Notes under the pieces: generated by a model
The model's database searches: none
What the model was told of the DNA's origin: nothing
What the model saw: only the letters and a program-made list of their open reading frames with translations
Program-made: the position numbers and the translations under genes
Shown: in pieces, positions 20,591 to 28,228 of the stretch
Position numbering within the stretch: position 1 is the stretch's first letter
Layout of the letters: every line of letters starts with the position of its first letter
Source: a virus
Taxonomy: Duplodnaviria > Caudoviricetes
Direction: 5' to 3' (one strand)
IMG/VR virus record: IMGVR_UViG_3300023283_000076
Coordinates: 32,001-96,000 of that record
DNA length: 64,000 nucleotides

Positions 20591-21250
20591 TTGTATTTTT
20601 CCATGTTGATATTGTGTACAAGTATTTTTTATGTTATACTGAGGGTTCAAATTATATTGGAGAATATAAAAATGATTAACAAGATATATAATATTGTTAG
20701 TATGGAAATGGATAACTCTAGGGTACGTTTTAACTACACTTCTAAGGTTACTATTGCGATATGGTTGACTCTAACTGTAGAGGTGTTTATTCATGTTGCA
20801 AGTGCGTTTCTATTTTTAGAAGTAAATAATGATGGCCACATTTATAGTGATGTTACTTTTAATCAATTTGCATTTTTATTAAATATTTTCCCATACCTGT
20901 TACTTTGTTTATGCAGTTTGATTGTTTTAATTGATAAGATTATTGGCGTATTAACTTCATTTATTACTGAGGATGATTATGTAGAAGAGCATTTCCTTTC
21001 TAGCCGGATTATTGGTGTTCCTTCTTATGAAATTGAAAATATTTTATTTTTACAAACGATATATATGGTATTATATATTACCGTGATGCCAATATTGTTT
21101 TTAGTTGTATTTCCGTCATGGATTCCACTTGTTGTAATAGTAGGCGTTATTGTTGGTGTAATGTATCTGGCGAGATTTTCATATCGTTTGAGTAAGCGAT
21201 TAAGGACACATATTAATGATCCTAATGCACATACAAAGGAGAATGCATAA
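20591..21250 (+). CDS. Multi-pass membrane protein (start probably ATG 20672)
   Basis: Several TM segments; C-terminal RF...RL.THINDPNAH. Confidence 0.75.
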   Translation: MYFSMLILCTSIFYVILRVQIILENIKMINKIYNIVSMEMDNSRVRFNYTSKVTIAIWLTLTVEVFIHVASAFLFLEVNNDGHIYSDVTFNQFAFLLNIFPYLLLCLCSLIVLIDKIIGVLTSFITEDDYVEEHFLSSRIIGVPSYEIENILFLQTIYMVLYITVMPILFLVVFPSWIPLVVIVGVIVGVMYLARFSYRLSKRLRTHINDPNAHTKENA

Positions 21251-21729
21251 TGTTTAATAAGATACTTAAAATATTTAACGATGATATTTCGTTTTTACAA
21301 TTTATAGCAGCAGTGACTGGTCCGGCTTCAGGTATAGCCATGGCCATGTTAATAGATCTTGATAAAAGTTCCAGTTCTGTAATTGTTACATCTGTTCCAA
21401 TGTTTTGGTTTATGCTGCTAGCTCTAATTACAGCTATTGTTAAGATTGGAGCTATGTATGTAGAATATGCTACCAGAGGTGAGTATACTATTCCTTCTGA
21501 CTGGATGTTATTTGATGATAAAGGTTTGTTGCATAGTTTGACTCTTTATTGGTATATACTCGTATTGACCACATATACTCTTATAGTCTTGTATTATACA
21601 CCATTATCTATTACAATTGGAATATTGTTAATTATAGGATTGACTGCGTTATCGAGATTCGTGTTTGGAATCATGGGTAAACTCGATACTCATGTTAATG
21701 ATGCTGATGCACATTTGAAGAAAAAATAA
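21250..21729 (+). CDS. Multi-pass membrane protein, paralog of the previous gene
   Basis: TM segments; C-terminal SRF...KLDTHVNDADAH. Confidence 0.8.
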   Translation: MFNKILKIFNDDISFLQFIAAVTGPASGIAMAMLIDLDKSSSSVIVTSVPMFWFMLLALITAIVKIGAMYVEYATRGEYTIPSDWMLFDDKGLLHSLTLYWYILVLTTYTLIVLYYTPLSITIGILLIIGLTALSRFVFGIMGKLDTHVNDADAHLKKK

Positions 21730-21833
21730 ACAAGGATATTTAAGAATGTTTTATATAATTGAATATTTCTATTGTTGTATGGATGTTGCAATAAAGTCTT
21801 GTATTTTTAGTCATGTATTCAAAGGAATAAAGA

Positions 21834-22979
21834 ATGAAATATTTTAGATTATCATATATAGTATTATTGTCATGTTTATTATTGTATAGTGAGGATGTTA
21901 TTGTTAAAGAATTATCTGTTAATGACGTTAGCATCATTGAACTATCGAATATATCTGAAGATAATTTAAAAGATATTGAGATAACTGTTTTTGGTCGATC
22001 ATTTACATTAGAACTCTCTAAAAACGTTGAATTGTTTTCCACATTGGTTTCTAATAATGGTGATGATTTATTTTTACGTGGAACGGTATCAGGTATTTCT
22101 AATTCTTGGGTTCGGTTGAATAGAATTGATGGAGATTTCAGTGGTGGATTCTTTGATGGTCAAGAACTCTATTTAATTGATCACAGTATGGGACTGACTA
22201 ATAATTCACTTAATGATAATACTATTGTATACAGATTATCTGATTTAAATATTCCATTTCATATTGATGATGGTGGTATTGAAAATATTTCTGTTAATGA
22301 TACAGAAAAAGATTATAAAACATTTATTGGACATTTACGTGAATTTGTTAAAATTCAAGAAACTGCTGTATTAGCATTACCTTTAACGATTGTCAGTGAT
22401 GTTGAATTTAATGATATTCATGGTGATAATGCTACATCTATAATAGCAGGTAGAATTAATTTAATTGATGGTATTTACACTAATCAATTAGGAGTTGGGC
22501 TTATATTTTATCATCATGAAATATTATCAGATAATGGTCCATTGATATCGAATGATGCATTACAATTATTAAGAACGTTTAGGACTTTTATGGATACTGG
22601 TATTGGGCAAGATATCCCCTTTGAAGGTATAGCTCATTTAGTTACTGGTAAGAATTTTGATGGTAGCACTATTGGTACTGCATTCATGGATGTTCTTTGT
22701 AGCAGTTTTGCTGGATACGGTGTTAATCAAGATTTTTCTAATGATACTACCAGTGCATTGATATTGGCACATGAGATCGGTCATAATTTTAGTGCTCCAC
22801 ATGATGGACAACCGAATTCTGCATGTGAAGATGAAACATTTAGGGGAATCATGAGTGCTAGTATTAATGGATCGCAACAGTTTAGTGATTGTAGTCTTGA
22901 TCGAATGGCGCAAGCAGTTTCTTCTGCAAATTGTTTAGTAGAACGTGGAGAAGTTATTTTTTCTGATGGTTTTGAATAA
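21834..22979 (+). CDS. Secreted reprolysin-like (M12B) zinc metalloprotease
   Basis: Signal-peptide-like N-terminus; HEIGHNFSAPHD; GIMS Met-turn; C-terminal IFSDGFE. Confidence 0.85.
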   Translation: MKYFRLSYIVLLSCLLLYSEDVIVKELSVNDVSIIELSNISEDNLKDIEITVFGRSFTLELSKNVELFSTLVSNNGDDLFLRGTVSGISNSWVRLNRIDGDFSGGFFDGQELYLIDHSMGLTNNSLNDNTIVYRLSDLNIPFHIDDGGIENISVNDTEKDYKTFIGHLREFVKIQETAVLALPLTIVSDVEFNDIHGDNATSIIAGRINLIDGIYTNQLGVGLIFYHHEILSDNGPLISNDALQLLRTFRTFMDTGIGQDIPFEGIAHLVTGKNFDGSTIGTAFMDVLCSSFAGYGVNQDFSNDTTSALILAHEIGHNFSAPHDGQPNSACEDETFRGIMSASINGSQQFSDCSLDRMAQAVSSANCLVERGEVIFSDGFE

Positions 22980-23014
22980 TTGACATTTATAAAAAGCTAT
23001 GATAGAGTAAATGA

Positions 23015-23797
23015 ATGAGAATAATTTCAAAATATTCAGATTATTATGATTCGGTGATGGGATCAGGTTATGACCCTTCATTGATTTTCAAACGTAAAGG
23101 CGCTTTTGATGATCCTATTGATTCATATGTGAATTTTGATGATTCATTTGGATATAGAGCCACGGTAGATCATACTGATCAGGCTCGCTATCTTGGAACA
23201 AAGTTGAATCCTGAATATTTTGGATATGTTTATCTAGGTAATCGAAGTAAAAAACTTCATAATAATAGAATCATTTTAGAGAAGGCTTTCAGAGCACATT
23301 CCAAGAGAAATGTTACTATTATTGATAGTGTTTTTTACGTAATAGGTTTCTGTGGTAAGACATATGTGATTTATGAAATTGATTATAGCATAGACAATAA
23401 TCGATCATGTTTTCGAATAGTGAATAAAAAGAATAAATTATTTCAAAAAGTGGATAAGAAAAAACGGGACATGATTGTAGTAGGTGAAATTCCTGATTTG
23501 ATACGGGGAAATGTTCATGACATTTTTCTTTATCTTAATTGCCCTATTTTTCTTTTAGAGATGGTTAAATATAATAACAGAGTTAAAATAATTCGTAACC
23601 CGATCTTGAAAGATTTAGGATTTGCTGCTATACTTGATCCATATACTGCTTATCAGGAATTGTCTATGTACATGGGATCGGTGTTTGCACCATCTGAGCC
23701 TGATATGGTAGATATATCTGATAAAGACTTATCTGAGTCCAAGGGATTCAATGATTGGTCTTTTAAAAAGTATCCAACAAAAAGGAAGAGTAAATGA
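23015..23797 (+). CDS. Conserved phage hypothetical protein; paralog of 12865..13644
   Basis: ORF track; paralog. Confidence 0.85.
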   Translation: MRIISKYSDYYDSVMGSGYDPSLIFKRKGAFDDPIDSYVNFDDSFGYRATVDHTDQARYLGTKLNPEYFGYVYLGNRSKKLHNNRIILEKAFRAHSKRNVTIIDSVFYVIGFCGKTYVIYEIDYSIDNNRSCFRIVNKKNKLFQKVDKKKRDMIVVGEIPDLIRGNVHDIFLYLNCPIFLLEMVKYNNRVKIIRNPILKDLGFAAILDPYTAYQELSMYMGSVFAPSEPDMVDISDKDLSESKGFNDWSFKKYPTKRKSK

Positions 23798-23907
23798 TTT
23801 ATATATTTGGATTTGTTTCATTGTTATTGGTTGCAGTCACCGTATGGTGTTTTGCCAAAGTATGCAAAACTGATCGATATTCATATCGTGAAGTTGATGA
23901 CAATTAG
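23794..23907 (+). CDS. 37-aa single-TM protein; paralog of 12755..12868
   Basis: Manual translation MIYIFGFVSLLLVAVTVW. Confidence 0.65.
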   Translation: MIYIFGFVSLLLVAVTVWCFAKVCKTDRYSYREVDDN

Positions 23908-23955
23908 CGCTTAACATTGGTTCTAATGGTTTTCACTGTGCTGTAGCTGTATTTA

Positions 23956-24213
23956 ATGGAAGAATGGAACATGACTGATATTATAAGTGGCGTAATCGAA
24001 GAACGTGGTAATGGTTTGCCTAGTGTTGATGATTATGCCTATCACAGCTTGACTAACACGGTCTACCGAATTGTTAACACTGGTTGTATTGTTACAGGAC
24101 GTGTTGGGCAGGGTAATTTAATGCATGTAAAACTAGAAGAATATGGTGATCCGTTTGATTTGACAGATGAACAATTTGATGATATTGTATGGGCTTTACA
24201 TTTAGAAGAATAG
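23956..24213 (+). CDS. Hypothetical protein; paralog of 12143..12415
   Basis: ORF track; paralog. Confidence 0.8.
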   Translation: MEEWNMTDIISGVIEERGNGLPSVDDYAYHSLTNTVYRIVNTGCIVTGRVGQGNLMHVKLEEYGDPFDLTDEQFDDIVWALHLEE

Positions 24214-24245
24214 TAAGTATTGACAGAAAAAAGTTGAAAAAAGTG

Positions 24246-24274
24246 TTGACAAAGAATAAATAAAGCGTTAGAAT
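24246..24274 (+). promoter_or_regulatory. Sigma70-like promoter of the ncRNA cluster
   Basis: TTGACA-N17-TAGAAT; left-arm copy has TAGGAT. Confidence 0.75.
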
Positions 24275-24281
24275 GGTTTCC

Positions 24282-24361
24282 AAGTTGGAGACAGAGAGTA
24301 ACTGAACCATATGATCCATAGTCATTTTCTCCGGTTGCTCTAGCGTAAATGTCTCCAACTT
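24282..24361 (+). ncRNA. Stem-closed small RNA domain A
   Basis: 11-bp AAGTTGGAGAC/GTCTCCAACTT closing stem at the predicted TSS. Confidence 0.55.
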
Positions 24362-24362
24362 T

Positions 24363-25099
24363 TAATTAAGAAAAAAGAAGTACAGTTTTGGGCATGACCG
24401 TGATAGCTCATTGAAAGATGGGTAACGGGAAAGGTGCTACCCACCTTCCCGCCTAGAGAAATTTAGGTTGAGTCATGCAAGCCGAGACTCTGGAAAATTC
24501 GTCCATAATAATTCAGGCGGATTTCAGACGAAACGGGATGGTAGGTTAGACCGAGGCCAACTGGTAAGGTCGTTCTAAGGTGACGCTTAGTACCTACATG
24601 TCAACATCTTGAGCGTTGGAGAGTCAAAGGGTAGTTATTTGGTGTGAGTCTTAGCGGATAAATGCTGAATAGCAATGTTAACGGTGAGCTAAACCTTATC
24701 GTGAAACATGGTCGAAAGTAATCTTAGCGGATGAAACGGCAAACGGTGTTGTCATATTTCGTACCTCAAAAGGGTATGAAGTGATGGAGACGGCACATCG
24801 TTAGGTAGTTTGCAGTCTTTGTAGCTCAATAGGTAGAGCTACCGCCTTATAAGCGGTTTGTTGTAGGTTCAAGTCCTACCAAAGACCCATAATAGATAAC
24901 TGGGTTTAAAATGCAAAAGTCCGTCTCGGTAAAAGGTGAGCAAGGTAGTTAAGTCTACACTGCGAAAGCAGAATGTAGAATCTTTGAGGGCCGCAAGCTT
25001 GATAAGATTTGGTTAGAAGCGCACGTCGAGGGCCGTACAACCTTCGGGGGAAGCTGAAAGCCGAGTAGCCTTTTATGACAGCGCAAACGCTAGCGCTTT
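24363..25099 (+). ncRNA. Large ornate ncRNA, GOLLD-like, with embedded tRNA
   Basis: ~740 nt, GC-richer, ORF-free, many hairpins (e.g. CTGC-GAAA-GCAG; TACC-TCAAAA-GGGTA), GAGTAGC near 3' end, internal tRNA; family by resemblance only. Confidence 0.55.
24815..24889 (+). tRNA. tRNA-Ile(UAU)
   Basis: GTCTTTG/CAAAGAC acceptor, ACCGC-CTTATAA-GCGGT, GTAGG-TTCAAGT-CCTAC. Confidence 0.9.
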
Positions 25100-25238
25100 A
25101 CAAGACAGCACTACTTGATCGATAGATATTCGCAAGTGTTTTGCGCTTGGTTTATCTGGATAAGAAGTTAACTTTAGGTTTGCAGCCTGAAGGTACGGCG
25201 ACGAAAGGCGATCAATTTGTAGCAATAATCTCATGCTG
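25100..25238 (+). ncRNA. Structured RNA domain C, conserved in both arms
   Basis: TTGATCG/CGATCAA core stem; inner hairpin differs in sequence between arms but still pairs. Confidence 0.7.
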
Positions 25239-25260
25239 CTATTTACTTTAACCTCAACAT

Positions 25261-25602
25261 ATGGTACTCTTAGTCATGGATAATTTACTCGATAGACAAA
25301 AGAATGATCTTGCAAACGAAATTACAACATTCATTACAAATATTACAGGAGTAGCTGTAGAACCTAATCCGAATGAAGGATTTGAATTTGTAGAGTACAG
25401 GAATTTTATTCCTAACAAACGATCAATTAATAATTCAATTAAAGAATTCAATATTCTATTTAATGTGCTATGTGAAAACGGATGGGAAGTAGATACTGAA
25501 ATAGAAGATTTTGATCTCGCTATCCATTTAACTAAAGCTCATTGTTTTGTTACTTTATCTATTTGTCGAAATGGATTACATGTTTTTTTTGAAGAGATTT
25601 GA
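25261..25602 (+). CDS. Hypothetical protein; paralog of 11478..11838
   Basis: ORF track; paralog. Confidence 0.75.
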   Translation: MVLLVMDNLLDRQKNDLANEITTFITNITGVAVEPNPNEGFEFVEYRNFIPNKRSINNSIKEFNILFNVLCENGWEVDTEIEDFDLAIHLTKAHCFVTLSICRNGLHVFFEEI

Positions 25603-25907
25603 TCATGAGTAATCAGGTAATTATTGATATTCGTCATTTCAGTGATGATATTATTATCTTGGCTGAAGATAATTATGGTAAAACGTTTCTTTCATTTACA
25701 CCAGACACCTACAAAAAATTTTCTAATGTAGAAGAACTTTTGTATGAAGTTGCGACCACACCCGAAATGGATGGATCGTTTTATATAGACCTTGAGGATT
25801 TTTCGGTCGTATGTGAATTATGTAACAGTGTAGAAGTGCATGGGTTTTATCCGCCGTCAGATGAACGTCACGATGAAGTTTTCGTGTATAATAATGACGA
25901 TGACTAA
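25599..25907 (+). CDS. Acidic hypothetical protein (deleted on the left arm)
   Basis: ORF track; coupled to the upstream stop. Confidence 0.7.
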   Translation: MIMSNQVIIDIRHFSDDIIILAEDNYGKTFLSFTPDTYKKFSNVEELLYEVATTPEMDGSFYIDLEDFSVVCELCNSVEVHGFYPPSDERHDEVFVYNNDDD

Positions 25908-25939
25908 TAGGTCTATTTAGAAGAAATCTAAAGGATAGT

Positions 25940-26263
25940 ATGATGAACAACTTAAAACTTACTAAAGATGAATGTAAGCAATGGATTGAGGATTTGCGCT
26001 CTGGTGAATATAAACAGTGCAAGGGCAAATTGAAAACTGCAAATCAACATGGTGTATATTTTTGTTGTTTGGGTGTTTTGAAAGAGACACAGGATAAGCC
26101 TCGACATAAAGCTGTGGGGGGGGGTGAACAACAAGAGATTCTTAGTTATGATGTATTATCCAAAAACACACAACATACTCTGATAAAGATGAATGACGGT
26201 GGAATATCATTTTCAGAAATCTCAGATCATATCGAAAAAAGAATTTTGCCGCGTCGAAAATAA
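25940..26263 (+). CDS. Conserved phage hypothetical protein
   Basis: W...LRSGEYKQ.KG.L...FCCLGVL...MND.G.SFSEI.D.IE; contains a G9 run. Confidence 0.8.
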   Translation: MMNNLKLTKDECKQWIEDLRSGEYKQCKGKLKTANQHGVYFCCLGVLKETQDKPRHKAVGGGEQQEILSYDVLSKNTQHTLIKMNDGGISFSEISDHIEKRILPRRK

Positions 26264-26335
26264 AATTAAAGAACCTATTGACAGTTAAGCAAACTTCGGA
26301 TATACTTTATTTCCAACAAAATTAGGAGAATTTAA

Positions 26336-27112
26336 TTGTATACTGGTTACAAGTCGAAAAATCTGTTGAGCGTAGGTGCAGATTCCAAAACGATCAAGAG
26401 TCTTAAGAAGGGTATCTTGACTGGTATTTTGTATCTCGCCCCGAATGACATTAGTGGTCATAATACATGTTCTAACGCCACAACGGGATGTAAGAAAGCA
26501 TGTTTGTATACTTCCGGGCATGGTCGCTTTAATAATGTACAAAAGGCACGTATTCGTAAGACTAAATGGTTTTTTGAAGAACGTGAAACCTTCATGGCAC
26601 AATTAGTAAAGAATGCTGAATCATTGGAGCGCAAGGCTTACCGTGAAAAGATGATACCGGCTATTCGTCTTAATGGTACAAGTGATATTCCGTTTGAAAA
26701 AATCCGTGTTGTTCGTCAGGGTGTTAATTATCGTAATATCATGCGAGCGTTTCCGGGTATTAGGTTTTACGACTATAGTAAAATCCTAGGACGTAAGATG
26801 GCTTTGGCAATGCCTAATTATCATTTAACGTTCAGTCTAGCTGAGGATAATGATACTCAAGCTGTTAAAGCATTGGGACAGGGTTATAATGTTGCTACTG
26901 TCATGCGTTTAAAGCGTAATGATCCAAAGCCTAAAACATGGGGTGGTTATCCTGTTATTGACGGTGATGAATTTGATGCACGTTTTCTTGATCCTGATGG
27001 TGGTCATATTGTAGCCCTATTTGCAAAGGCTGATGCTATACATGATACGTCAGGATTTGTTCGTGATCCTAATACAGGGTTTAATATTCCTATGAATGTA
27101 AAGGTGGCTTAA
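26336..27112 (+). CDS. GP88-like phage protein (Cys-rich)
   Basis: ILYLAP...C..AT.GC.KACL.TSG.G, IRLNGTSDI, FYDY.K, YHLTFS, DGD..D.RFLD. Confidence 0.75.
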   Translation: MYTGYKSKNLLSVGADSKTIKSLKKGILTGILYLAPNDISGHNTCSNATTGCKKACLYTSGHGRFNNVQKARIRKTKWFFEERETFMAQLVKNAESLERKAYREKMIPAIRLNGTSDIPFEKIRVVRQGVNYRNIMRAFPGIRFYDYSKILGRKMALAMPNYHLTFSLAEDNDTQAVKALGQGYNVATVMRLKRNDPKPKTWGGYPVIDGDEFDARFLDPDGGHIVALFAKADAIHDTSGFVRDPNTGFNIPMNVKVA

Positions 27113-27415
27113 ATGCAAACATCTAAAAGAGTACAAGTGCAGTATGACCAACTTAAATTGATTAATGCTGCAAAATATCTGGCCAAGTACAATAATATTG
27201 GCACTAAGAATCAAAACCGATCAGTAGATGATTGGTATCAAGATATTTTGAATAATATCAAACGTGCTGCTAAAGAAAAATTTGATATATTTTCTACAGG
27301 TGGTTACACATTGAATCTTGAAATTGATTCTTTTGATAGCTACCATGTAGATATAACAGTTTCTCCAAGTTTCGGAGATATTATTTTGAAAAGTACTGAG
27401 GTGTATATTCAATAA
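27113..27415 (+). CDS. Hypothetical protein (left copy 5'-deleted, ~10210-10378)
   Basis: ORF track; remnant on the left arm. Confidence 0.75.
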   Translation: MQTSKRVQVQYDQLKLINAAKYLAKYNNIGTKNQNRSVDDWYQDILNNIKRAAKEKFDIFSTGGYTLNLEIDSFDSYHVDITVSPSFGDIILKSTEVYIQ

Positions 27416-27759
27416 TGAATATTGTTAAATATAAGGTTACTGGTGAATTCGGGACATATAACATTGGTGAAGTTGTAGAATCAATTAAACTTATAGAAAC
27501 AGATAGTGGATTGGCTTTGTTATATCATCCAAGGGGTTCAAATGGAGATTGTGCAAGTTTGGAATATGCACAATATGATACCAAAGAAAATCTTTATGTA
27601 TCTGTTGATATCGTTGCTCAATACATCAATATTAATTCAGGAAAATTTTTGAATGAATTAAAAGCAAAATTAGATGAAATAAATTATCGGGACGTGTATT
27701 TAGATAAGAATAATAAAATACAAAAAGCAAATCAAAGTAAAGACAGCCTAAATGAATAA
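27415..27759 (+). CDS. Hypothetical protein; paralog of 9851..10213
   Basis: ORF track; paralog. Confidence 0.8.
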   Translation: MNIVKYKVTGEFGTYNIGEVVESIKLIETDSGLALLYHPRGSNGDCASLEYAQYDTKENLYVSVDIVAQYININSGKFLNELKAKLDEINYRDVYLDKNNKIQKANQSKDSLNE

Positions 27760-28006
27760 TGTAAACATGCATTATGTGAATATTATCATGCAGTATCTAT
27801 ATGATCGTGCTGCCACAGAAATGAAGTCGGTAACTCCCCGAGTAGTTTGGGGAGTGAATACTTTAGAAGAAAATGTAGATATCATTATAAAAGAATATGG
27901 ATTAGACTATCGTGAGGCATTTGACTTTGACGAATTTATGGACTCTGCTAGTTTTGTTGATCATAGCTTCGAAGATTTATTTGATTTAAAATATATTGAA
28001 AATTAG
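27752..28006 (+). CDS. Hypothetical protein, right arm only
   Basis: ORF track; overlaps the upstream stop. Confidence 0.6.
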   Translation: MNNVNMHYVNIIMQYLYDRAATEMKSVTPRVVWGVNTLEENVDIIIKEYGLDYREAFDFDEFMDSASFVDHSFEDLFDLKYIEN

Positions 28007-28033
28007 GTTAATTTAATTTTTCCTATTTTAGAG

Positions 28034-28106
28034 CCTTTATCATAGATCCTACTCTCGTGTCAACCCATTTTTGTAAATAATAAATTAATTGCAAAAATGG
28101 GTTGAC
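28034..28106. promoter_or_regulatory. Back-to-back promoter pair: TAAAGG-type on -, rIIA promoter on +
   Basis: 15-bp perfect inverted repeat GTCAACCCATTTTTG/CAAAAATGGGTTGAC carrying both -35 boxes. Confidence 0.7.
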
Positions 28107-28228
28107 TATAACGGGATGCCATGGTATGATAGCGGCTCGTGAATAGGGAAATGAATTAGAAATTTCTCTTGTAAATCGCTAAAAATTTTGGTAGACTATT
28201 CACTCAACAAATATAGGAGATTTAACCA

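Noticed and set aside
24363-25099. Group I or II intron
   Set aside because: No GUGYG...AY ends, no terminal G, and no recognisable P7 core at the indel junctions
26116-26124. G9 tract as a phase-variation switch
   Set aside because: Currently in frame, with no evidence of length variation available
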